Below are positions 1 to 10,167 of a stretch of DNA of 64,000 nucleotides, piece after piece; within the stretch, counting starts at the first letter, position 1; each line of letters begins with the position of its first letter. The notes below the pieces were generated by a model. It saw only the letters and a program-made list of their open reading frames with translations, was not told the origin of the DNA and did no database searches. A program made the translations under genes and the position numbers. Origin of the DNA: an uncultured virus (IMG/VR IMGVR_UViG_3300042869_000764) (taxonomy: Duplodnaviria > Heunggongvirae > Uroviricota > Caudoviricetes); IMG/VR virus record IMGVR_UViG_3300042869_000764; one strand, given 5' to 3'.

Positions 1-3000
1 TTATTATCAACAAAGACCAAAGATTTGTTTTTTAACAGTGCTGCGGCCTGTTGATCAATATTAGAATAATCAAAAAATCTAGCAACGGTTAGTAACTGCA
101 GATTAGCTGTGGTACTTGTGTCTATCTCAGGATCATCTATATCTGCGTTTACTGTGATTGTTATGGTTGTGTTTGTTACTGCACTGATCTTGAAAAATCC
201 TTGCAGATTTGCAATTTCACGAATACCTATGTAGTCATCAACTGATATAACGTGTGGACGATTTAGTGTTAGTATCACTATGGTATCGTCTGGTCTGGCT
301 ACTGCCACTACATAAAGCAGCGAAGATTCATTTACTCGTAGAACTTGCCACGAATCTTGATAAAACGTCACCCAGATGTGATCATTTTCGTTAACTGTAT
401 CGATGGCTAAGGTAGTTAAATCATCCAAGGTTCGAATAGTATGTTGATACTGACCGGCACTTACGTAACCAGCTGTGAACAACGGCTCAGTCTGTGTCGT
501 AGTAGGTAAAAAATCCGCTGTGTAGGGCACAGGAGCAATAGTGAAATCGGTGGCAGTGATACGATAGAATGAATCTACAACTTGGGAATTCACTGAGAGA
601 TTAGAAATGTGCAGCTGAGGATTCAGTTTAAATTTAGCTTTTTCCAACTGTATTTCAACTTCTGTAAACTGGTCCGTGCCGCCAACTTGTCCTAGTCTAA
701 ATGCCCATTCTTCATTGAGAGTAACACTGCCTGCCGAAGATCTACTTAACTTATCAAATATCTTGGTTATGCTGTTTGCTGTACCTTTTTCTCTGATAAA
801 TCCTTGATATAGTTGAAATTGGCTCACAGAATCTTCTGCTAGATTTTGTAGATAATCTCGCTGTTGATATCCTATAGCGTGTCTAGCAAGTTCTCGTTGA
901 CTTTGATTTATACCTTGTGATGTAGTTTCAAAGTAGTCACTGAACTGATTTATTTTGTAATCAAAATTAGAAACCAGTTGTTTAACAGGAGTGGAATCTA
1001 ATTTAGTCCACGTCGCATCGTTAAAGTTTTCCGAACCTAATTGATTAACTAAACTAGTCCAACTATATGATTTGTAAGATACAATGTCTCCTAATTTGTA
1101 ATCTTTGAACGGTTGCCAAACTTGTATATCGACATTGTCGAATAAAAATCCTGGACTGGTGTAATCTCCGTCCCAATCTACTGTACGGAAAGCCTGCATT
1201 TTTATGCGTCCTTGCCGGTATCCTGTGGTCTTGTCATAGATGATATCATTAAATACGGTACGATCATCAAATACAGTTACATGCTCTTTGATAACATAAT
1301 GTAACCGTGCGTAATATATACCGTCAGTGGTATTTGTTGTTTCTAATTTAAAATTCTGAAAACTTCTATTAACATTAATAAATCTAGGAGCCAATACTGT
1401 GCCATCGCCTTTAAGTATCTGGTAGTCATAGAATCCGTCTAAGAGATTATCCGGTGTTCCTACAGGCACATTAATTTCTAATTTTTGCGCTGAGGGGCTT
1501 AGAGCTATAATTGCGCCAGGTTCCCAATTGTGTTTGGTCCAAAACATAAATTCTTTGGCAGCACTTAACCAATCCTGGCTAGTAGCATTCTGAGGATCAT
1601 AGTTATTGAATACAATACCCTGTGTTTTAAGATAACTGTCATAACCTAACAACAGATCCACCACTTGTTGTATACTGGTTAGCAATGTGCCATAGCTCAT
1701 CTGTCGCACTGTGATGGTATTAAAAACTCGTCTTCTCAGTGCTTCTACCGCGCCTAATTTAGGAACGTCTCTTAATTTCTGCCATTGATTGCGATCAAAC
1801 TCGTCGGTACTGCGATGTGTCTTCAATGCACGATAAAAATTGCTTTGATATCTTACTAATACACCGTTATTGTAGTTTTTTTCTTCAACCCAGTCTGTGA
1901 ACGGTTCACTTAAACCGCCTACTGAAATCACTGGATCTTTGCTGCTGGCTTGTGGCTGATGATAATTGAAATAGGGATGTATGTCATCATAACCTGCTAC
2001 TATCCAGCCGCCTCCAGTTTTTTCTAATCGAACTCCACTGTAACTAACCGTAGTTACTGGACTGCTGACATTGAATATAATATCATAGTTTTCAGGAGGT
2101 ATGAAAATACTTTTAGATTTAGCAGAAGGATTTTTAGAGTCTAGTAGATACTTCTGTTGTTGCTGATCTACGAATCCACTCATTCTAAAACTTAGGGCCA
2201 CATCTAATTTTTCTATTTTTTTCTGTAGACTATCTACAGGCAAGCCTTGTGATTTTATGTAACTAGTGAGATATCTCACTAGGCCTATATTATTAGCTTC
2301 AGACACATGCCTTGCAACATCTGAGATAGTTACAAACAATCCTGTGTCTGAATTTATATATTGATCTAGTTTATTTTTGGTGAATTTTGATCTATCAAAA
2401 TTGTCAGGAATATATTCGAATGGTTTCATCACACACATGGCTGTGATTACTGCATAGGGCCATTCTGAACTAGATCGCCAGGCATGTTCAACTGGACTGA
2501 CATCTCCTAGTACGAAAGGTCCGCGATTATTAATCAACGAAAAATCTTTTGCAAGATTCGAATCCAACGGACTCAGCAACTTGCCGTCACCGTCTACAGG
2601 GACGTGCGACGATAACCCGGGTCGTTTGTATCTATCATAACGACCTGCTCGAACGCCTTGGCGAATAATGCCGGCTTCGAGATCTTCCCACAATATCAAG
2701 TTATTGCTGGTATAAGGAGCGGCCCCGTATTCGGCTTCCCACCAGTCCGGTTGTTGACTGAATCCCAACATTTCCCAAGGACAGCGATGTGGTCTGTCTG
2801 TGTCATAGAAATGTTGATACACTCCTCTCCACCAACCAGGTATGTTTTTGGTCTTGGTGGGGTCAGACATGTTTGAATAGGTATAAGTGAATGAGTTTTC
2901 ACTGTCAAAATATTCATTTACAGTATAATTGATATTGGTATTTTGTATCCATTTCAAAAAATCTTGGACTATCACACTGTCTAGCTGAGTTTTGGTGTAT

Positions 3001-6000
3001 TCACCAACTCCATAATAACCGGCTAATATTTGATCTATATCGAACACTGCAGAATCATATTCCTGCTTGATATTGTTGTAGATACGTAATTCTAATTCCA
3101 ATAGTAGGTCATCTCTGTAATCTCCGTAAGCTGCTGTTATACTGCCGTCGTGACCTTGTATGACATATCTAGGCTCTTGATATGTGTCATCGAGAAATTT
3201 GGAAGGAGTGTATTTTTTATACAGTCCCATAGAGGTCGGGGTAGGTGGGATATGATTAGTAGATGTACTGAGATATTCTCTGATTTCTATGATATCTAAT
3301 AACTCTAGTGTTACTAATAATTTCACAAAGCTAAATGTCACGTCAAACACATAGTCAACACCATGTAATAACTGTGTGTCATTTTTGTATACATACACTG
3401 CTCTGCTACTAGGCTTTGTAAGATCAAATGGTTGTGACAAGGAAAACGTGCGTATCCCTGTGTCTTCTACCACTGTGGTCAACGCAGTAAATGCGCCTGC
3501 TCCGATCATATCTGAATCAGCAAATGCATCTTGTGCAGTTTTTACAGATGTAAGACTATTGATGATGTCATCTACAAAATCATTTACTGTATCATTGTAA
3601 TCGATTTCTACAGACCGTTGTAAAAAATTATTTTTAAAAATTGTATATTCTTTTTCAGCATATTGTATGGCTTTGACTATGTTATGGGTTTTGTCACATA
3701 ATGCCATTACTGCCAACGGCGTATTACCGCTGTGTTTTAAAAATCTTGACGCATGATATCTGTAATCTTGAAGATCTCTTAGATTGCTGACTCCTGGTAA
3801 AATACCAATAAACTCGTTGTCCCATTCTATCGCACTGGCAATATGATTAGTGGCCTGCCCGAGTGTAAATGATTGAATTGCAGTGTTAAGGGGATTCTTT
3901 TCAATGCCTATTGGCATTTCATAATATCCTTGATCAGGTTCTATGTCAGCAATGATCTTGATTACCACGGCATCTTTGGCAGCAAATGTTTTATCAAATA
4001 CAAATACATTTCGACTTCGAGTCCAATTACCTAGATATCTGTTTCCGTTGAGATAAAAATTTATATCGGGATCGACTGTGAGATTATCCCATTTCACTGT
4101 GTTAAATGTCAATGTATCAGTAGCAGTGTCTACTATAAGATTATCAATTATTGGTTGGATATATGTATTGTTTAATTTCTGCCACCCGTTGGCAAACACA
4201 TCAGATCCCAGTTTATAAAAACCAGTAGAGATTTTTTGTGTCACAGGCTTTCTATCGACACTGTATCGAAACGTTTGTGTTTCCCAATTCCAATTAAATT
4301 CAATGTCTCCAATATTGTCTATATTGAGATAACTAAGTCTAAAACCTAACTCGCTGTCGATTCTACCATTGCCGGGCTTATAGCTAAGGAGATGCGAACC
4401 TAAAAACTCTGTGTCGGAATACGTTGTGGTATCACCGAAACTTATTCCATCGCTGTCAAAAACATCAAACAATGGTGGTTGATTAACTGTGGTTTTTCGC
4501 TGACTAGCTACCCAGTTTGATCCGTTAAAGTGATACATCAATCCTTTGTTTTTGTTGCCTCTGGTGACAACTACCCCTTGTCCAAGTATTGATTCTGTAT
4601 CTTCAGTTTCCTGCAAATGTATCTGTTTTGAATTAGTATGAGTGATAAATTGCACTGTGTAGATTTTGTTGTTTGCTAATCTATCAGTGTCTGCTATCAC
4701 TAAAATTCTTGCACCGTTGAATAAAAATTCACCATCTACACTGTAGCCCGTCGATCCTTCGATGGTTGAAAATACATCGGCAGTATTTGTATCAATGTAA
4801 TCCACAGACATTTTTGCCGTGGTTCCATGATTAATCAGTTGTAGATTAGGCAGAAATTCGATTATAGGCCGTTTGGCTCTAGAAGTTTCTGTGGCTGGAA
4901 AATCTTGCCCTCGTAGTTTGTAGGCTTTTTCCAATACTGACCGATGAAACCAACGATTATATCGGCTCCACGGATTGTTGTCTAGGCTGTTTCTAGCGAT
5001 AGTGATATAATCTTTAAATGCAGCATATTCAGTGGCATCGTCAAACGGCTGAGTATCAAAGCCTTCGTTGTCGAATAATATTTCAGGAACGTTTGCGCTT
5101 AACTCCGGCACAACTAGATCGGTGAATCGTGTTAAGGTAATAGCCGTGCCTACTCCTTCTACCAACCACAGGTCTTTGGCATATTTTGAGGGAGTGACTT
5201 TGCCATCGAATTCCACAATCATTCCGTTTGAAAACTCCACAGCATTGCCGCTGGTATATGTGGTTTTTCCAAGTATCTCTAGCTCTACATTAATCGCTGT
5301 ATTTTCTTCTATGTCGGAGATGACGAATCTACCAAATGCATCGGGAGTGATGTTGCTTTGATAATAAAGGACATCGGGTGCATCATACGGCACAGTAAAA
5401 GTCAATGTTCCGTTTTCAATTCCGTTGTTTGTAACACCCTTGTCATAGGCAAGTGCTGCGCCTTGGTTAGCTGATTCAACAAACTGCCAATCTTGACTAT
5501 CAATGGCAATAGAACTGGCATCTAAAACAGACACATCACGAATTGCTCTCCATAATTTTGAATCATACACAGCAAAACTTCCTGCACGATACGGTTGGTT
5601 GGGTCGAAACAGTAGTGAGCCGGAATCAAAATTGGTGCGTAAGTTAAAGCCTTCGTCAGGAGCATTAATTTTAAATTTATATGTTTGGCCGCGGAATAAA
5701 GTTAGAGTGGGATTATTCGTGTAGCTGTCAGGACTAAAGACAAATGAATTTCTTGTTGTTCCTAGCACAACTTTATATGTGCTGACTATGTCCGCAGATT
5801 GACCAGTAATATTAATGCTGCGTGGACCTAATGGTTCCCAATAGTATTCACGATAGTTTATGAATTTGTCCCAATCTATGGGAGGGTTCCATGTGTAGTG
5901 AGTTTGATCGGTCAGCTTGTCATCTCGTTCAATGGAATTTCCAAAAAATTTCAGTTGATTTTTGACATCTATGTAGTCATAGAAATTTTCTATTTTATCA

Positions 6001-6266
6001 TGATTTTTAAATATGACTCCAGGTTCGAGCTGATAGCTGCTTCTCAAAGTAGCATCTGTATCAACATATACGTCATTGCCGTTATAGGTTTTGTCATATC
6101 TACGACCCACATAACCTACTACTTTATCTAACACACCGGGTTGAATCAGCGGATCAACTACTGCAGATAAAAATTTATCATTAGCAGGAGTTTGAAAAAT
6201 TGTAGGTAGTAATTCGACTGATCTGCGTATAGGCAACTCGCTTTTAGGAAATGTATTATCAGCCAT
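1..6266 (-). CDS. Giant (>2088 aa) virion/baseplate structural protein, 3'-truncated by window edge
   Basis: Not in the ORF track because it has no stop in the window. ATG at 6266 overlaps the gp6 stop (TAATG). Manual translation gives MADNTFPKSELPIRRSVELLPTIFQT at the start. Spot checks in the same frame read FSQQPDWWEAEYGAAPYTSNNLILWEDLEAG (~2650-2760) and LLKNKSLVFVDN at the edge. Lies in the baseplate operon. Confidence 0.8.
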   Translation of the reverse strand, partial: MADNTFPKSELPIRRSVELLPTIFQTPANDKFLSAVVDPLIQPGVLDKVVGYVGRRYDKTYNGNDVYVDTDATLRSSYQLEPGVIFKNHDKIENFYDYIDVKNQLKFFGNSIERDDKLTDQTHYTWNPPIDWDKFINYREYYWEPLGPRSINITGQSADIVSTYKVVLGTTRNSFVFSPDSYTNNPTLTLFRGQTYKFKINAPDEGFNLRTNFDSGSLLFRPNQPYRAGSFAVYDSKLWRAIRDVSVLDASSIAIDSQDWQFVESANQGAALAYDKGVTNNGIENGTLTFTVPYDAPDVLYYQSNITPDAFGRFVISDIEENTAINVELEILGKTTYTSGNAVEFSNGMIVEFDGKVTPSKYAKDLWLVEGVGTAITLTRFTDLVVPELSANVPEILFDNEGFDTQPFDDATEYAAFKDYITIARNSLDNNPWSRYNRWFHRSVLEKAYKLRGQDFPATETSRAKRPIIEFLPNLQLINHGTTAKMSVDYIDTNTADVFSTIEGSTGYSVDGEFLFNGARILVIADTDRLANNKIYTVQFITHTNSKQIHLQETEDTESILGQGVVVTRGNKNKGLMYHFNGSNWVASQRKTTVNQPPLFDVFDSDGISFGDTTTYSDTEFLGSHLLSYKPGNGRIDSELGFRLSYLNIDNIGDIEFNWNWETQTFRYSVDRKPVTQKISTGFYKLGSDVFANGWQKLNNTYIQPIIDNLIVDTATDTLTFNTVKWDNLTVDPDINFYLNGNRYLGNWTRSRNVFVFDKTFAAKDAVVIKIIADIEPDQGYYEMPIGIEKNPLNTAIQSFTLGQATNHIASAIEWDNEFIGILPGVSNLRDLQDYRYHASRFLKHSGNTPLAVMALCDKTHNIVKAIQYAEKEYTIFKNNFLQRSVEIDYNDTVNDFVDDIINSLTSVKTAQDAFADSDMIGAGAFTALTTVVEDTGIRTFSLSQPFDLTKPSSRAVYVYKNDTQLLHGVDYVFDVTFSFVKLLVTLELLDIIEIREYLSTSTNHIPPTPTSMGLYKKYTPSKFLDDTYQEPRYVIQGHDGSITAAYGDYRDDLLLELELRIYNNIKQEYDSAVFDIDQILAGYYGVGEYTKTQLDSVIVQDFLKWIQNTNINYTVNEYFDSENSFTYTYSNMSDPTKTKNIPGWWRGVYQHFYDTDRPHRCPWEMLGFSQQPDWWEAEYGAAPYTSNNLILWEDLEAGIIRQGVRAGRYDRYKRPGLSSHVPVDGDGKLLSPLDSNLAKDFSLINNRGPFVLGDVSPVEHAWRSSSEWPYAVITAMCVMKPFEYIPDNFDRSKFTKNKLDQYINSDTGLFVTISDVARHVSEANNIGLVRYLTSYIKSQGLPVDSLQKKIEKLDVALSFRMSGFVDQQQQKYLLDSKNPSAKSKSIFIPPENYDIIFNVSSPVTTVSYSGVRLEKTGGGWIVAGYDDIHPYFNYHQPQASSKDPVISVGGLSEPFTDWVEEKNYNNGVLVRYQSNFYRALKTHRSTDEFDRNQWQKLRDVPKLGAVEALRRRVFNTITVRQMSYGTLLTSIQQVVDLLLGYDSYLKTQGIVFNNYDPQNATSQDWLSAAKEFMFWTKHNWEPGAIIALSPSAQKLEINVPVGTPDNLLDGFYDYQILKGDGTVLAPRFINVNRSFQNFKLETTNTTDGIYYARLHYVIKEHVTVFDDRTVFNDIIYDKTTGYRQGRIKMQAFRTVDWDGDYTSPGFLFDNVDIQVWQPFKDYKLGDIVSYKSYSWTSLVNQLGSENFNDATWTKLDSTPVKQLVSNFDYKINQFSDYFETTSQGINQSQRELARHAIGYQQRDYLQNLAEDSVSQFQLYQGFIREKGTANSITKIFDKLSRSSAGSVTLNEEWAFRLGQVGGTDQFTEVEIQLEKAKFKLNPQLHISNLSVNSQVVDSFYRITATDFTIAPVPYTADFLPTTTQTEPLFTAGYVSAGQYQHTIRTLDDLTTLAIDTVNENDHIWVTFYQDSWQVLRVNESSLLYVVAVARPDDTIVILTLNRPHVISVDDYIGIREIANLQGFFKISAVTNTTITITVNADIDDPEIDTSTTANLQLLTVARFFDYSNIDQQAAALLKNKSLVFVDN

Positions 6267-9200
6267 TAAACGTATCCTCCGCTACTAGTCTGGTATGTTG
6301 TAACTTGTTCATTTTCAGATTGCACACTTGTGTTTGTTCTTATACCTATTTCAGCAGCCGTAATCGCAGATACAATTTCTATGTCATCAACTGTGGCTGC
6401 GCTAATTAAAATTTCATCAGGATTGCTTTGTATTTCAAAAAGACTGCCAAATGCCTGACTTGTTTGTCTTGGAATGATCACAATATTTGCTAGGTCCGGA
6501 GCTACAGTATTTAAAATATACGTGGTAAGTTCGCCCATATAGAATCTGTCTCCAAAATCCCAATTGTTGATATCAAAGAAATTATTGATAGCTGAAATGA
6601 TTCTTACCTTGAGATCGTTGTCGTTGATAGACAGATTTTGATTTTTTACAATCTTGAACACGGCCTGAAATGCAGGATCAGCCTTGGCCCCGAACAGCAC
6701 TTTATATTTTACAGGATGATATATTATATCATCACTGATGCTTTTTATCGAAGATAACGCAGATCCAAATGTGGTTCTTAGAATCTCGCTGGTCGGTGCT
6801 ACTGGTTCTATATCAGTGCCGCCTGCAAGATATATTCTGTAACTTTCATCATAACTTCTAATTAACAGATAGATATCAATAATGTTGCTAGAGGAAGGAT
6901 CTATTCTTCTATCAACGCTGGCGTTATGTATATATTGAAACTTGAGATTTCTCCTACCCACAACTGCAGAATATTCACTAGCGATATCTAGGATATTAGT
7001 TGTTCGATTTACTCGTTTAATCACATTTTCACCAATGTCATAAAAATAAATCAATTGTTGATCAGGATATGATAACACATCTGTAAAATCTATATTGTCT
7101 TGTTTGTCTCTGATTAATATGAAATCTGTAGAGTTATCAATTAGTGTGCTGATTCTGTTACCGTAGATATCGTTAGTAGCTTGGAAAAATAAAAAATTTA
7201 AATCCGTATCAACACCTACTATATTTTCAAATGCTTCAGGATTATCTATAACGCCGTCATCGTCGGAGTCTCTAAAACTTAGTTTGATTTCACTAGTGCT
7301 TTCATAGCCGTCACTGAACTTTATTGTATCGCTGATTTCAAAAGGAAAATCTTGAATCAGCTGTGTGACAAAATCTTTGCCAGTATTGACTCCTAGAACC
7401 TTGATTTGATCTTTTACTACTACCCCTAATTGATCATTGTAACGTTTTTCATTTGAGTCAAAGTAAAATCTATTCTGATTGACACTACCAAAAATATAAC
7501 CAAGCTTTCTAATTCTCACTGTGTAACTATCGGGTTGTTTGACAAATGCCACAATCCAAGAACTATCTATATTTGTGTTTGTGGTATCTCCGGCCTTGCC
7601 AAGAATAAAATCATCTATAAGATTCAAATTGTTACTGGTCACTAATTTCCACTGCGATTCAGAAGATTCATAACGCAAACCAAAATTTTGATTTTCAAAA
7701 ACTTGATTAACTATTTCTGTTTCTAATGCCGTAGGTAAATCATTGACAAATCTTGGCAGTATTCGTGTAGCAATTGCACCTGTTGGCACTACAATATTCA
7801 ATAATATAGGACCGAGACCTTTGACATAGCGGCCGTCGCCGGAAACTTTGATAATTTTCGCCCAGATATAGTCTGTTTGATCTGCGTCATTGGCATCAGC
7901 TGGAACAATTTTTCCTTTTTTAAATCTACTGCCTGCGGGGGCTGTAAATTTCACAGCTGCGTTAGTCAACACATATTTTAAGTTACTTGTTGAATATGCA
8001 CCTACCAACAATTGTGAGTTATCTACCACATTTTTAAAATAGCCTGTGCTGGTTGCTGTGGAAATAGACTGCCACACTGTGTTGGTATCTGTGAAAAGTA
8101 TTTTATCAAACTTGGTAAAATAAAAATTGTAAATTTCTGCGTCAGTAAAAACTGGTTCTATGCTGCGTCTAAGAAAGTTAATGATGTCTATTCTACTGGT
8201 AAATTTAAATGACAATACCGATTCGTCTTCTTGTTTATAAAGATATCCGTCATCACCAAATACGTTTATACTGCTGTATTTTCCCGTGGCATCAATGATG
8301 TCAAAATTTCTGCTGATGCCGCTGCTGGTTCTGTTGACTGATTTTATTTTTACAATGTTTTGCGATCCTAACAACGGAGCAAGATTATAATCTTCTGCAG
8401 TGATCATTCTATTCTGAGTGTAATACACTGCTGGCGCATTTGCTCGGATGGTGTCTATGTCTTCCGATGCTGCTGAGTTTGCTACAGTGCTCTGTAAAGC
8501 CAACCCTATAGTAAGTGTATGCTCAACATTATTTTTGTTTCTGTATAATACAGAAATGTTAATACCTCTTAATTCGTTGGGATATATGGTATAGGATAGA
8601 CCATTGCTGGTTCTATAAAATACCCTAAATGCTCCTTGCGGTAGATTTCCGTAAACGCCGTCTGCGAATACGAGATCTATGTTGTCATTTTCTTTGGTGT
8701 TGATAGCATATATGTTGCGTATGTCTTGTGTTACACTGTTATATGCAATATTATTACCTACTAACGATGATACTTTGGTCCATTCTTCCAGTTGGGCACC
8801 TTGCGAATTAAGAGAAAATAACCACACATCGTCATTATTGATATTACCTGCGTCTACTGCAATTTTTTCGTTGGTAGTTGGTACATCTATAGAAAAATCT
8901 GCTAGTTCCAAACTACCTTGCTTGAACTGTATAAAAAATCCTGTGTTAGCACTGCCTGGTCCAGATCCATCATTTTTATATATAAATCCCAATTGGTTAC
9001 CCGGAACTGGAGGCTCTTCATAGATATTTTCACTGTTCTTGAAAGATGTGCTGACTATTTCAAAATTTACACTTCTACTGGCCACAGTCTTGGTAAACGA
9101 GAACAAAGGTACATCTGTGCCCACAGTTCGGAATCTATATTGCTCTGTGGGAATTCCTTGGATGGTAGCAGAACCTTGGCTGCGACCAAATTCTGTGTTG

Positions 9201-9697
9201 TCGGCCATAGCACTGTTCAACACAGTGAGAAATTGTTCTAACCAGTTGGTATTGGTAGGGTCGTTCCAGGTTATCAACTGTTGGGCAAGATTCTTGCCAT
9301 TACTGTCGACGATAGTATCAGTGGTAGATACTGAAACAAATTTTAAAAGTCCGCTGGCGGCTGCTGTGCGTTTGGCATTGTAACTGAGCATGCGAGCAAT
9401 ACGCAGCACACTTTCTTTGGTCTCCGCTAGTTCAATAAAGTTTTCACGGCTGGCAAGATCTATGCGGAATGCTAGGCTCTGGCCCAAGAACGCTACGGCA
9501 TCTATCAATGCCATGTATTCTGATGATTCTATATAGTCGTTGAAATCTTCTGGGTAGTTTTCACGTAGGTATGTGATAATAACCCTGCGCAGATTTTCAA
9601 AGTCGTAGCTGCGGAAATCCGCGTTTTTAAAGGTCTGATATATCCTGGTCCAATCTTGATTCAGTATGAGATTGTTTTGTCTGCTAGTTGTAGTCAT
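6266..9697 (-). CDS. gp6: Baseplate wedge subunit, T4 gp6-like, with long insertion
   Basis: N-terminal DFRSYDFENLRR...YPEDFNDYIESSE...RENFIELA, LVFADGVYGNLP and EDIDTIRANAP...QNRMITAEDY motifs of the gp6/Baseplate J family; follows gp25. Confidence 0.85.
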   Translation of the reverse strand: MTTTSRQNNLILNQDWTRIYQTFKNADFRSYDFENLRRVIITYLRENYPEDFNDYIESSEYMALIDAVAFLGQSLAFRIDLASRENFIELAETKESVLRIARMLSYNAKRTAAASGLLKFVSVSTTDTIVDSNGKNLAQQLITWNDPTNTNWLEQFLTVLNSAMADNTEFGRSQGSATIQGIPTEQYRFRTVGTDVPLFSFTKTVASRSVNFEIVSTSFKNSENIYEEPPVPGNQLGFIYKNDGSGPGSANTGFFIQFKQGSLELADFSIDVPTTNEKIAVDAGNINNDDVWLFSLNSQGAQLEEWTKVSSLVGNNIAYNSVTQDIRNIYAINTKENDNIDLVFADGVYGNLPQGAFRVFYRTSNGLSYTIYPNELRGINISVLYRNKNNVEHTLTIGLALQSTVANSAASEDIDTIRANAPAVYYTQNRMITAEDYNLAPLLGSQNIVKIKSVNRTSSGISRNFDIIDATGKYSSINVFGDDGYLYKQEDESVLSFKFTSRIDIINFLRRSIEPVFTDAEIYNFYFTKFDKILFTDTNTVWQSISTATSTGYFKNVVDNSQLLVGAYSTSNLKYVLTNAAVKFTAPAGSRFKKGKIVPADANDADQTDYIWAKIIKVSGDGRYVKGLGPILLNIVVPTGAIATRILPRFVNDLPTALETEIVNQVFENQNFGLRYESSESQWKLVTSNNLNLIDDFILGKAGDTTNTNIDSSWIVAFVKQPDSYTVRIRKLGYIFGSVNQNRFYFDSNEKRYNDQLGVVVKDQIKVLGVNTGKDFVTQLIQDFPFEISDTIKFSDGYESTSEIKLSFRDSDDDGVIDNPEAFENIVGVDTDLNFLFFQATNDIYGNRISTLIDNSTDFILIRDKQDNIDFTDVLSYPDQQLIYFYDIGENVIKRVNRTTNILDIASEYSAVVGRRNLKFQYIHNASVDRRIDPSSSNIIDIYLLIRSYDESYRIYLAGGTDIEPVAPTSEILRTTFGSALSSIKSISDDIIYHPVKYKVLFGAKADPAFQAVFKIVKNQNLSINDNDLKVRIISAINNFFDINNWDFGDRFYMGELTTYILNTVAPDLANIVIIPRQTSQAFGSLFEIQSNPDEILISAATVDDIEIVSAITAAEIGIRTNTSVQSENEQVTTYQTSSGGYV

Positions 9698-9726
9698 ACC
9701 AATATTTACCCTTAAAAATAAACTGC

Positions 9727-10164
9727 TTAGTTAATCACACTGTTGTTTTTGTCAAAGTTCAAGGTCATACGTTCATTGATGTTAAACGGAATATACACCA
9801 AATCTGCTTGAATACGCATGCCTTGATCTGTGCTGTCTATGTTGATTTCAGTGACTGCAAATCTCGGATCATAGTTGATGATGGCTTCTACGTCCTTGGC
9901 TATGATTTCTTTGACATCAGGAGTAAATGGTTCAAACAGCATGTCCCAGATCACTGTGCCGAATTCCGGATTTTCCAGTTTTTCGCCTTTGCGAATATAA
10001 AAATGATTGATCAAATCCTGCTTGACAAGATTGATATCGTATAGCTTAAAGTTCTTATTAGCTTCAGTAGAGCTGAATCCTTTATAGGTGAACTGACCTT
10101 GATTCTGCGTTACCGTAGCAGAACGCTGCGCTGCTGTTTGTTGGTTGTATAGTCTTGTGGCCAT
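9727..10164 (-). CDS. gp25: Baseplate wedge protein, gp25-like
   Basis: LVKQDLINHFYIRKGEKLENPEFGTVIWDMLFEP...INYDPR matches the GPW/gp25 pattern. Confidence 0.9.
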   Translation of the reverse strand: MATRLYNQQTAAQRSATVTQNQGQFTYKGFSSTEANKNFKLYDINLVKQDLINHFYIRKGEKLENPEFGTVIWDMLFEPFTPDVKEIIAKDVEAIINYDPRFAVTEINIDSTDQGMRIQADLVYIPFNINERMTLNFDKNNSVIN

Positions 10165-10167
10165 GTT

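Noticed and set aside
2658..6131. Short ORFs listed in the first 6 kb
   Set aside because: All overlap the giant minus-strand ORF
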